A DNA stretch of 63,200 nt, counting the filler, from Diploschistes diacapsis (Eukaryota): assembly GCA_023645945.1 (NCBI GenBank). It is 19 parts of 19 records of this genome, joined end to end, with 100 filler letters (N's around TTAATTAATTAA, not from the genome) between each part and the next. Parts side by side here need not be neighbours in the genome. Positions count along the whole stretch, not along the records: positions 1 to 20,221 come from JALAIB010000351.1; 18 more parts are not named here. One strand, 5' to 3'. Below the pieces are notes generated by a model. It saw only the letters and a list, made by a program, of their open reading frames with translations, was not told where the DNA came from and ran no database searches. Below are positions 1-11,383 of the stretch, in pieces. How positions within the stretch are numbered: the first letter of the stretch is position 1; each line of letters begins with the position of its first letter. Made by a program: the position numbers and the translations under genes.

Positions 1-970
1 CTTGTATAGATAGAGATCATAACAGAACGCTTCGTCGAGAAAGAAGAAAAACTCCCTTTATTATAATTATAATTAATTTAATAACGTAAAAAGAGAGAAA
101 ATTTATTTATAACCGACGCGTCCGGATACGTCTTAAAATAAACGGCGCCGGCGTTGCGGACATCGTGACGGAAAAATTATTTACCGCCGGCGGCCTCGAT
201 AACAATACGAAAATCGAGATTATCGATATCGCGAGATTATCGAGCGATATCGACGATCGAAAAATTAAAAAAACTTACCGGACCGCGAGATCTATAAAAA
301 TATTTAAAATCTTAACGCGGTCGATTTTTTTAAAATTATCGACGTAAACGTCGACGCATTTACGGGTACGCGATAAAACGATATCGTCGTTAAATATATA
401 AATAATCTTAATTATTATTTTATATTTTAACGCGTTCCGGGTTATCTTTTTCCTCTTATTAAAATTAATAACGTATAAATCGATAATTTATTTTTTCCGT
501 CATCGGCGATATCGGAAAGTTTTCGTCGCTTTATAACGGTCCCGAAAGGATTAACGTTGTCGACGAAAGGCCATAAAATAATTTATTACGCGACGAAAAA
601 CGTAAACTCCTCGCTTACGACGAAAAGACGTTTCTGCCACGCGATAAGATTTTCGAAAAAGGCGTAAAGGCCGAAAAACAACGTCGAAAAGCGAGAAAAA
701 ACGACAAAAAAACGAAAACGTAAAAATTAACGACCCGTCGAGACCGGCGTTGGCGGCAACGAATAAACGTTTTAAATCTTACGACATTATATTAATTAAA
801 TAATAAACTTCGAGATACTTATTACTCGAAATTAAACATTCAATAAAACTTCGAAATACTCGAAAATTTATATAAAAAAAATAAAAAATAAAAAATTACT
901 TAATAATAGAAAGAAAGCTCACCTACCTATTTAAAAATAAAAATAAAAAAAATTAATTTCAGTCAAAATA
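1..970. repeat. AT-rich RIP-degraded repeat or transposon remnant, family not identified
   Basis: CpA/TpG strongly depleted, TpA and CpG abundant, no intact ORF; same texture as the transposon contigs at 42-63 kb. Confidence 0.6.
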
Positions 971-1621
971 ACTATGCTGATGCGGGCATTCAACCTGATA
1001 GATCATTGCACTTCTTCACACTCGATTTCACTTCTGCATATCAAGAATCCAAATGCAGAGCAACGGCAGATTTCTATTATTATCGTGGGTTATTGGCTCC
1101 TCATCCCTCACTCAATGCTAAATACGCTAACTTCTGTTTGGAGTGTAATATTTCCCTTTGGCATCTTTCTTTGACTGTATACCGATAACCTTTCGCTGAT
1201 GCCTCTGCTGCTGCAGGTGCAGGCGCCGTTCGCTCACTCTTCCCGCCTTGGACGTGTTCATTGATGTACTCGCTTTAAGTTAATTGGGACCTGCAAATGT
1301 CGACAACAATTAAGTTGGGAGTTTCGGGTATGTTCCACTTCGTGCCCTCCAGCCGATCCATTGCAGACTAGGGCTCTCGTGACTGGGAAAATATTGACAT
1401 TTTCCACAACAAAATTGTATCTAGCCCACGCCTCGCCTCGCCTCACCGCCGCTTTGTACAGAATGTGGGAGGATGACCACCATATATTAAAAAGGGCTTT
1501 GTCCTATTAAACGATTATACTCGTCTTGCTACGGCGACAACGAAAGATGCTGAATGCTGACTCGTGTGACACCTTCAGACTTCTTATCTACAATATTAAA
1601 ATCCTATAATACTACCTCGTA

Positions 1622-2377
1622 ATGGACGCCAACCCTTTCCACTCAACGTGCCTGCTATATCGCGCCATCGAATCGCCCGAAGACGACGCCTTCTTCCACG
1701 CCCTTCAGGACGATCCACTGACCTTCATGAGCTCCACGCCCTCGCTCGCTGCGCCCGTCTCCAGAAGAATAAGCTCCCGCATCCGCGAGACGTTCGAGGA
1801 AAAGGCCCTCCTCGGCGTCTTGATCTGCCTGCCCACCACTCCAGAGAACCTCGCACTCGCCGGACTTGACGCAGAGCCCCCGTCGTCGTCCACGACGAAC
1901 AGCGCAGGCGATGATAAGGACAAGAAGAATGACAACAAGACCACTTTCCCGTCACTCGTCCGCCCGGGCCTGCACGACCGCGGCATACCGATAGGCGCCA
2001 TGTGTCTGAATCCGCCGCACGGCGCGGGCGCGGGCGCACATCACCGCTCTGCCGACGTGGCAATCGATATAGCGCCCAAGTACCAGAACCGCGGGTATGG
2101 GAGCGAGGCGATACGGTGGATACTGGAGTGGGGTTTTATGCATGCCGGGCTGCATAGGATCGGGATCAGGGTGCTGGGGTGGAATGAAGGGGCGTTGAGG
2201 CTGTACCAGAGGTTGGGGTTCGTGCTGGAAAGCAGGGAGAGGCAGGCTTGGTGGTCGAGGGGAAGGTGGTGGGATGATCTTGGGCTAGGAATGCTGGAGG
2301 AGGAGTGGAAGGAGAGGTATGGGGGACAATGTGCAATGTTGGGGGTGGGGAGCTTGGCAGAGGGGACTGTGTCTTGA
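1622..2377 (+). CDS. GNAT family N-acetyltransferase (RimJ/RimL-like)
   Basis: Intronless 251-aa ORF with acetyl-CoA motif A (IAPKYQNRGYGSEA), plus LHRIGIRV, N..A..LY..LGF..E and W.D...GML..EW. Confidence 0.9.
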   Translation: MDANPFHSTCLLYRAIESPEDDAFFHALQDDPLTFMSSTPSLAAPVSRRISSRIRETFEEKALLGVLICLPTTPENLALAGLDAEPPSSSTTNSAGDDKDKKNDNKTTFPSLVRPGLHDRGIPIGAMCLNPPHGAGAGAHHRSADVAIDIAPKYQNRGYGSEAIRWILEWGFMHAGLHRIGIRVLGWNEGALRLYQRLGFVLESRERQAWWSRGRWWDDLGLGMLEEEWKERYGGQCAMLGVGSLAEGTVS

Positions 2378-2811
2378 GTCGACGTTGGAGACGTGGTAAT
2401 ATATGAACTACTAGGACATGCTTGGATCAATACATATAGAGACATATATAGATGAAAGACAGAGCTGCGTCGCCGCTGAATTGGTTTTAGCCAATTGCTT
2501 AGATTATATAGACCATCAGACTGACACCCGCTACTGCTAAAAATGGCTCCTGACTCCGAATCCGAGCAAACCAAAGATCCATTCTGCGGAGTAGATAGAG
2601 TCTGTGAGACCGTGATCTCACACACGTCTTTTGACATGTAGAAAGCGCACGGGCCATCCTTCACCCCTCTGTGTGTTGGAGAAAATGCCCAGCCCCACCA
2701 AAAAGCGCGTGGAAAAAAAAATATCTTGAGCCGCCGCCATCTTCAACGGAAGCCCTCGTGCAACTACTCCCGTCTTTGGTGCATGTTGATCATCCTTAGA
2801 GTATTGATAAG

Positions 2812-5800
2812 ATGAGTCAAGATAACCTGAGGGCACTACTCGCTGGCGTGCTAACGCGTAAGTCTTGCCGTGCCTCTCCTTTGGGTTACCGATATTGACT
2901 CTCTACAGCGGACACCGCACGTGTAAAAGAGTCTACAGCCAAGCTGAAGAAGGATTATTATGGCTCTCCTCAGTCGCTGGGCCTACTGCTGCAGATATTG
3001 GTATCACAAGACAACATAGAGATTCGTCAGCTCGCTGCCACGGAGGCTCGGAAATTGGTCCCAAAATATTGGGCGAAAATTCCTGATGGCCAGAAACCTG
3101 ACATCCGCTCGCATCTTCTCCAATCTACCATGGAGGAGTCTAACAAAGCAGTTAGACACGCCAGCTCACGGCTTATCGGTGCCATTGCGCAAAAGGACAT
3201 CGCAAAGAGCCAATGGACTGACCTTCCCGGCATCATGCTTGAAGGGGCTACAAACTCTAGCCCACAAGCACGGGAAGTCAGCACGTATATTCTCTTCAGT
3301 ATTCTGGACGAGCTAGAAGACTCGTCTGCCTTCGACTATAAGAGCATGTTCCACGCATTCAGCCAGACAATCCAGGATCTTGAGCACCCCGAAGTTCCCA
3401 TGAACACCATATTTGCTCTCTCGAAGATCGCAATTGAGATTGACACTGACGGAGACGATTCCGCCTTGGCAACGTTCAGGCAATTCATCCCTAAGATAAT
3501 CACTGTCTTGTTGCACTTCATCAACACTGAGGACACCGACAATACCACCCAAACGTTTGAGTGTCTCCAAACGATACTCGACGCTACGCCCAAGATTCTC
3601 GATCCTCATTTCCGAGAGTTAGTGCAAGGAATGGCTAGCATCGCCGAAGACAGCAGTAAAGACCCTGGCACACGGACACAGGCCCTCAATTTCTTATTGA
3701 GCTGCGTTATAGAGAGAAAGATGAAATTCCAGGGCTTAAGGCTTGGCAACAACATGACCAAGATGATATTCGATATCCTCTCGAGCGACGATGCCGTCCC
3801 GACGGCCGACGACGAAAAGGACCTTACCACATCGTGCTTGCATCTGTTGTCTCTCATGGCATCGGAATTGCCGCCACCCCAAGTGGCTGGGCCTGTCGTC
3901 GAGCTGTTCAAAAAGTATGCAAAGTCTTCCGAGATCCGGCAAAGACAGGCAGCTATCACGATTTTAGCGACTGTTGTTGAAGGCGCCACGGACTTCGTCG
4001 CCACACAGCTACCAGAACTACTTCCCAGCATCCTCAAGCTGCTCAACGATCCCTCAGACAAGGTCAGGGAATCTTCCGTGCTGGCTTGCAGAGACATTGC
4101 CGACTCTCTACCTGAAGTCATGGCGAAAGAGCACGAACAATTCCTGTCGGCTCTTGCAAAGAATCTGCAGTCGGCTATGCAAGGTGGCGAAGGCCCGGAC
4201 GCCTCGAGGCACCTCAAAGTTGCTGCGAATTGCTGTCTGGCTATTGATGGTCTTGTGACAGGACTCGAGGCTAAGGATGTGCGAGCGTACATGCCAGAGC
4301 TAGTTCCAAATCTCTCGCGTCTTTTCTCCCATCCGAACAGCGATATCAGGAAATCTGCAATCAGCGCCGTTGGTTCGTTGGCCAAGGCTGCTGAAAAAGA
4401 CTTTATGCCCTATTTCGAACAGACCATGGACGCTCTTTCGCAGTTCGCTGAGGTTACGGAGCCCGAAGAAGAGCTAGCGCTTCGTGCAATTGCAGTTGAT
4501 ACGATGGGCGATTTGGCCGAGGCGGTTGGACCCGTGCCTTTCCGGTCGTATGTTCAGCCACTCATCAAGTCCAGTGAGGAAGGGCTTGCACTCGATCACC
4601 CGAGGCTAAAAGAAACGAGCTACATGCTCTGGGGTTCTTTGTCCAAAGTCTACAAGGAAGAGTTCAAACCGTTCCTTGGGAGCGCTGTGCAGAAGCTTTA
4701 TGAGGCTTTGGCTCAAGAAGAGGATGCCGATATTGAGGTGCCGTTGGATGACCAAGGAAGCGATCTTGTGGGTCAAGAAGTCATTATCTCCGGCAAGAAA
4801 ATCAAAGTAGTTGGTGAAAATGAGTTGGACGACGACGACGACGACGATGATGAAGAAAGTTGGAACGATATTATGGGTTACTCGGATGTTGCTCAAGAAA
4901 AGGAAGTGGCCTTGGAGACTCTAGCAGACATTTTCAGCAACACCGGCAAGGAGTACCTACCTTACTACGAAAAGACTGTTGAAGCAATACTGCCACTGCT
5001 GGAGCACAGTTCAGAAGGCGTACGAGGATCAGCCATTAGCGCCATGTTCCGTCTATATGCTTCCCTTTGGAACTTGCAGCCAGAAGCGCAATCGAAATGG
5101 GAACCGGGTCTGCCCATCAAGACCCCGCCGTCGACCGAAATCGAAAAGATTCGCGATCTACTGATGACGAAGGTGATGAGCGAGTATCCTACAGAAGACG
5201 ATAGGTAAGTTCCTGTTCGTTATTCTGACATCTCGATACATGCGATATCTGTAATGATGAAAGCGATTTGCTAACCCAGCTCACACTGACGCTCATACGG
5301 TTGACGTGAACGCACTTCTACTCTCTGAATTCATTTTGGATTGCATAATATTTTACATGGTGACTTGTGTGGAAGCACCAGGCTAACGGCGTGGTTGTAG
5401 TGAAATCATTATGGAATTTAATCAAAGTCTCGCGGAGGCTCTGACCACATGTGGGCCATTCCTGATCAGTTCTCAAGGCACAGTCGAGACACTTGTTCGG
5501 GTGCTCACTAATCTGCTCGCCAAGGAGCACCCTTGTCAGCAGGAATACGAAGACGTAGAAGACCTTCTAGACGATCAGAACAGTGAGGATGCCTGGCTCG
5601 TCATCGAATCTGCTCTGGACGTTGTGTACGGAATGGCCCAAGCATTCGGTCCACAATTCGCCGAGTTGTGGAAGATCTTCGAGAAGTCGGTCCTCAAGCA
5701 CGCCTCCGCCACCTCTGCCACCGAGCGTGCCGCTACTGTTGGCACCATTGCTGAAGTGATCAAGGGCATGAAAGAGGGGTGTACTCCGTTTACGGACTCG

Positions 5801-6325
5801 TTCCTCAAAATCATCCTTCATCGTCTGTCGGATGAGAGCACAGCCGTCAAGATCAACGCATCGTATGCAATTGGTATGCTTGTCGAAAAATCCCGGAAGG
5901 AAGCCGTGCTCAAGAAAGCCTACCCATCTATCCTCTCTAAGCTGGAGCCCCTGCTACAAATGGACGACGCGCATCTGCTCGACAACGCTGCCGGCTGCGT
6001 TGCTCGCCTCATCGCGAAGTATCCAGACAATCTCCCCATCGGTGATGTGCTACCAGTCTTGGTCAACCTCCTCCCACTGAAAGAAGACTACGAGGAGAAT
6101 ACGCCGGTGTGGAGCATGATCGTCCACCTATACAAGTCGGGGAACGATACGGTGCAGCAGCTCACGCCACAGATTGCGGCTGCGCTAGAGAAGACACTGA
6201 GCGAACCGGAGGACCAAATAAAGGACGAGACCAAGGAAGAGGTGGGACAGATGGTCACGTATTGGCAGAGCAAGCAGCCAAATGTCCTGCAACAGTATCC
6301 GGGGTTGAGCAAGGCCTTGGATTAA
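2812..6325 (+). CDS. KAP123: Importin beta-4 / karyopherin Kap123 (HEAT repeats); exons 2812-2857, 2909-5204, 5401-6325
   Basis: Spliced N-terminus MSQDNLRALLAGVLTPDTARVKEST...IRQLAATEARKLV (importin-beta N domain), acidic loop, and C-terminal DNAAGCVAR and LPLKEDYEEN motifs. Both GTAAGT...AG introns keep the frame. Confidence 0.92.
5250..5332 (+). ncRNA. Intronic box C/D snoRNA, likely snR71/SNORD29 orthologue (LSU rRNA Am2946, yeast numbering)
   Basis: Lies in KAP123 intron 2. Box C ATGATGA 5254-5260; guide AACCCAGCTCAC complementary to conserved LSU GUGAGCUGGGUU; D' CTGA 5286-5289; D CTGA 5325-5328. The D+5 rule points to the A of GUGAGC. Confidence 0.8.
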
Positions 6326-7100
6326 GCGATAGGCTTGTGCCTTATTCCGGGCTCGACGGGCTCCGCATTGTCATGTGTACTAGGCAGAGCACGTTGTTGT
6401 GGTGGACAAACAAAAGGATTATGAGGTTGTGGGCTGTCTGGACCGGGACCGGTACTGCGGGCGTGAGGTGATGGGTCTCTGTCTACCGATTGACAGGATA
6501 AAGTAGATGGATGCAGATGCATAGAAATAACTGGATCCGGAACTGAATTTTATCCATGAGATTAACGAATGAACAGCGATACCCCTAGCATAGCAGAGCT
6601 ACGAAAAACGGATAGGTTGGAAAGAAGGTAAGGGAGAGGAAGAAAAAGAAAAGTTCTTGTATCTATCTATCTATTTGCTAGTTCTACGAAGATGGATCTG
6701 TCCTAGTTCGCACATTGTGACGAGCTTAGTATCGCTGCCTTGCAACCCATCCTTTCCATGACCCGCACACATGCTTGGTTGGGGCTACGAGGTCGGGGCA
6801 TGGAACATGGGATCCGGAGCTCAGGAATTTTTTTTTTTTAATTTTTTTTTTGGAAATATCTCGTACATGGAAGTAAGTAACTAAGTAAATAAGTAGCGCA
6901 CGCTTTCATTCCCTCCCAGATCGCGTCCCAACTTCCTCTTCACGATTGGCACCCTTGTTTTCCCTTTGCAAGACCACTCGATGGCGACAAGGATTCATGT
7001 GTTGTTTCCTTGAAAAGCGATGGGATGTAGTGGATGTGGGATGGGCAATGAAAAAGAGGCGGATAGGGGTAGGTAGGTGGTAGAGAAGATGAGTTGTGGA

Positions 7101-7190
7101 TGGATATGGATATGGATATGGATATGGATATGGATATGGATATGGATATGGATATGGATATGGATATGGATATGGATATGGATATGGATA
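7101..7190. repeat. (TGGATA)15 hexanucleotide microsatellite
   Basis: 15 perfect units plus degenerate GGGATA units, lying between the convergent KAP123 and SUP35 3' ends. Confidence 0.97.
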
Positions 7191-7538
7191 TGGGGATAGG
7201 GATAGGGTATGGCAGCATGGCCGGTGCTAGATACTAGGTAGGGAAGAATGGGTTGTAGGGTTGCTCAGGTATCTACGGTATTTCTAATTGGTGGTGCCCG
7301 TCACGAAATCAAAAACCCTTGGAGACAAAAAGTGAATGCAATGGGCATGAACCCAATTGTTATAGCTTCAAGACTTTGGTTTCGGTATCGTTTCATTTTA
7401 TCCCGCTTAGCAGAACAAAGCCTCCTGTTTTGCCTATTACTATTCTGTCCTGTGTCATCCACTTCTCATTTACATCTATTCCATGAAACCACCTCTCAGA
7501 TAGTCCTCCTGCCGGGGTTGGACATGCCGTCGTTGCGC

Positions 7539-9967
7539 TCAAGAATCAGCGTCCGTGATAAGTTTGGTGATTTTGCCAATGGCGATCGTTTGTCCCTTTG
7601 TTCTGTCAGTTACATTCTCCATCACCATCCGGTCTTGCTGCTCCCCGGTGATTAAGATAGTAAGCATCTACAGCTAGAGCGATACACCGCTTTGGTACGT
7701 GGTAGACGCGGATTTGTATAGCAGCAAATCTTCTCGGAGAATTCACGAAAGTCAGGAAAGGCTTTCCGTCTTACCTGATCCCGTAACGTGAATCGACCCA
7801 TCTGTGGGTAGTCTTCGAATCGCTCGACACAGACTCGCCCCGCGCCACCCGTGATCCTAAGCCTTGCGATGATACTATCCCCTTTCGACGCAAAAGCCGG
7901 TGGCTTCTTGCTCTTTCGCCCCGTGCCCTTTTGCAGCTTGTGCATCAGCCCATCTAGATATCCTTATTAGCTATCCCGCATTCGAGCCTGATATGCCATA
8001 CCAAAGGACACTTCTTCAATCGCAGAATGGACGTGTAGCACGCATTCGAACCCCGCACTCAAGATGGTCTTAAGCTCCAAAAGCACAATCTGCGCCTCGA
8101 ACGCGCTGACACAGTGCACCAGTCTCTTCTGGGAGCACAGTACGAACCCGGGCAGGATATCCTCCTCTTCGATACCACGTAGGCGTACGCGGACCTGATC
8201 CCCACAGGAGCCTTGAGGGATCTCGTCTTCTGTCTCGCCATACAGCGCGCTGATGGAGACGTCCTCACGGTTGGGCATCATGGTGTATGTGGTACCCTTT
8301 TTGATGATGCCGGCCTCGATCTTGCCTTCGATCATTGTGCCCATGTCTCGGTATTTGCCGGATACCGGCATCATGAAGGGCGCGTTGAGCTTACGCTCAA
8401 GCGATTGGAGGTTATCAAGATACTCGAGCAGGGAGGGGCCCGAATACCATGAGCACACACCATCCGGAATACGGTCCTTGATGTTTATCGTCGTTTGTGC
8501 AGAGATGGGCATGAAGGTGAGGTCAGTTTTAGAGTAGCCTAGGCCGCGGAGGAAGGAGGCGAGTTTCTCGGTGCACTCTTTGTACCGAGCTTGGCTCCAC
8601 TCGACAGTCGGATCGTCCATTTTGTTTACCACTATACACAAACGATTCACGCCTTGTGTCTTTGCGAGTATTGCGTGCTCTCTCGTCTGCCCGCCTTTCT
8701 CGAAACCAGTCTCGTATTCACCCTTACGGGCCGAAATAACTAAGATCCCGACATCTGCCTGTGCAGCACCGCCGATCATGTTAGGTACGAACGTTTTGTG
8801 GCCAGGCGCATCCAGGATAGAGTACCGTCGCTTTTCGGTTTCGAAGAAGCCCCGACCTACCTCCACGGTCTTGCCCTTTGAGCGCTCTTCATTTGTCAAG
8901 TCTAGAGCCCACGATAGATACCATGTTTCTCGACCAGCTTCCTTGGCTTCTCGCTTATACTTGTCCATTGTTCGTTGATCAACCATGCCAGTCGCGTAAA
9001 GAATGCTCCCGCCAAGAGTCGATTTGCCTGCATCGACGTGCCCAATGAAGATGACGTTCACATGCTCTTTTCCGTACACCTCTTCCAGGATCTCCTCATC
9101 CACCGCTGCCGCCTGCTCCTTGGCGACAGCATCTGCTTCACGCTGGGCGCGGCTTTCTGCAGGCGTGGGGCTGGATTTGCCGGACGAGGGAGATGAGGAG
9201 ACTTTGCCATTCGTTTCCGTTGTGACTTCGCCAGTCTTTTCAATAGCTTTTGCGGCAGCCACTTTTGCGCCATCATCGGCGGAGGGTGCCTTCTCCGCTT
9301 TCTTCGCGGTTGAACCCGTATCCCCTATCGACAAAACTTTTGGCTTGGGAGCGGTGGTGCCTGTGTCACCAATGGACAGTACCTTGGCCTTCGGTGGTGT
9401 GGATGTGTCCCCTATCGATAACACCTTGGCTTTGGAGACAGGCGTCGCATCTTTCTTGGGTTCAATCGGAGCAGCAGCTGGCTTGCTGTCGTCGCCAGTT
9501 GGTCGCTTGGCAATCACTGGCGTTTGCTTCGGCTGTTGCTGTTGCTGCTGCTGTTGTCTGTGTGGAGGTTGGTATGGCTGCTGCTGCTGCTGCTGCTGTT
9601 GTTGTTGATAGTTTTGGTACTGCTGATTGTAGCTTGAATCATATATGTTTTGCTGCTGCCCGTACCCGTGATTGTAGCCTTGATTATAGCCCTGGTCATA
9701 TCCTTGCTGGCTGTACTGAAAGTAGTTGCCATTCCCTTGTTGCCTTGGTTGTTGGTAGTACTGTCCGTACTGATTATTGTATCCGCCGCCTCCATACTGC
9801 TGATAACCCTGCCCTGGTTGGAATGATTGCGCGTTTGGCTGGAAGGAAGCGGCACCTGGTTGAAATGTGCGCGCCTGGCTATTTAGGTTAAGGTTTTGTT
9901 GGGCTTGCCTCGAGAGGCTCTCGTCCTGTGCTGCCGGGTCATCTTCCCATGAGTCGAGTCCTGACAT
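7539..9967 (-). CDS. SUP35: Eukaryotic peptide chain release factor 3 (eRF3/Sup35); exons 9967-8002, 7953-7775, 7595-7539
   Basis: Start MSGLDSWEDD, Q/N/Y-rich N domain, GTPase motifs GHVDAGKS, DAPGH, NKMD, and spliced C-terminus GRFTLRDQ|GQTIAIGKITKL. Confidence 0.96.
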
Positions 9968-10639
9968 TGCGGCCAGACAGCTGTGAGATGAAAGGTTTGT
10001 ATATCCAGAGAACTCGACTGTGAGCGAATCTAGACGTGGGGCAAGAGCGATTCGACGAAGAAAAGACCGCTGTGAGAAGGATGGAATTCGGAGCTTGATT
10101 TTGTAGGTATAAAAAACTGTTGGAGAATTGTTCCGAAGCACTAGACGTCGTCTCTTTCACAAGGGTTTATGGTCGAGCTTGATGCTCTTATGGCCCCTCT
10201 CCACGCAACTGGATATTTTCAGGGTCTTGGCAAATCAACTTGTCGGACGGACCACCCCTGCTTATGTGGTGTCGCATAAATCATACGTATGAGGATTTTG
10301 TAAAGTATTTGTTTAGACTTTTAAACTATGTTTTAAACTGCTTCTGAATATTTCTTACAAATACGGGTTTCAAATATCATATCGTTTTATGAGTTTAGTA
10401 GTCGATTATTGTTCTTATAATCTTGCAAATAAAACATTATAATAAGGGCTCGAGAAGTTAAGAAAGAGACTATCAAAAAAACAAAAAAAATAGTCGTAAA
10501 TATCAGTTCTATAGATATTTAGCTCAAGCGTTCACTGCTCTAGACTTCCTTCCCTGTGCGATCTTCTCTTTCGCAACCGACGTTGCTGACTGCGTTTAAC
10601 TTCATGTTGGCCACGCTTACACATATATACGTCCAGTCC

Positions 10640-10853
10640 TCCCGTTGCAACATCTTTAAGTGTGTTCAGGGGCTCAGGGTTGAACCCTATAGGGCTGACT
10701 ATGGGGTATCTATCTTCTGCCATCTCCCATATAGTTAGTCCCTTAGCTTTTCAAATTGAAACCTTTATCCTGCAGATGCCCAGCTACACGTAATCCTTCC
10801 AGATCAGGCCCAGCCTCTGGTAGTGTACTATCCTTTCCTGCGCTGGCGTTCCA
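10640..10853 (+). mobile_element. Degenerate LTR of family A (chromoviral Gypsy), 3' part
   Basis: 10743-10853 (AGCTTTTCAAATTGAAACC...CCTGCAGATGCCCAGCTACAC...CCTTTCCTGCGCTGGCGTTCCA) matches the reverse complement of the LTRs at 43771 and 50156. The 5' boundary is approximate. Confidence 0.75.
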
Positions 10854-11383
10854 CCCGTCCCATAAGCGACCCAAGTAGTCACCGCCTTCTCCAAGTACAA
10901 CGACCCCTGCTCCAAGCTTTTCTACATGGACGGCCCCTCCTTCGGAACAGAGACTACAGCTCTCCAACTCGTCCCCTTGCAGCAGCAGACAACCTGTTAG
11001 GACCATCAAGCTGGAACACGCACAAATTCGGCTCAATTTCTCCGGTCTTAGTCTACCTCAACAACACCAGCACAACTTCCTATCTCATGTATCCCCATGG
11101 CCATAGCTACTGGGTCCTCGCCTAAGGACAGTGCGAGTGGGGCGGGACCGTCCATGCTTTCGATAAGACCATCCCGGTCAGACGTGGTAGGTAGATGGTT
11201 CCTAACGCAAAGACGGGTAGTAGCGAGAACGTTGTCGAGACGGGGCACATGGTGATTGCGTATGAGCTGAATGGCCCGGCTGTCTGGCCGTTTTATTACT
11301 ATATCGCCTGGTATGTTGGCGCGGGACTGTACACAGATATGATTGAGCAGCCGGAGCAGCTGGGGGGGATGGATATTCCCTAG
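10854..11383 (+). pseudogene. Multicopper oxidase/laccase 3' fragment inactivated by RIP
   Basis: Translates as LFYMDGPSF / DYSSP...WNTHKFGS...NNTSTTSYLMYPHGHSYWVLA*G...PVRRGR*M...GHMVIAY...WPFYYYIAWYVGAGLY...EQP. This matches the HPMHLHGH and WPFHCHIAWH copper motifs with H>Y and C>Y changes, in-frame stops and a frameshift. Confidence 0.8.

Noticed and set aside
6940..7218. ORF with an (IS)n dipeptide run
   Set aside because: Translation of the TGGATA microsatellite.
8213..9891. Antisense ORFs with poly-Cys or poly-Ala, and similar shadow ORFs over other genes
   Set aside because: Reverse-strand shadows of real genes and CAG repeats.
9968..10141. 58-aa N-terminal extension of SUP35 in the ORF track
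   Set aside because: Begins at a non-ATG codon; the conserved start is MSGLDSWEDD at 9967. Many track ORFs use bacterial-style alternative starts.
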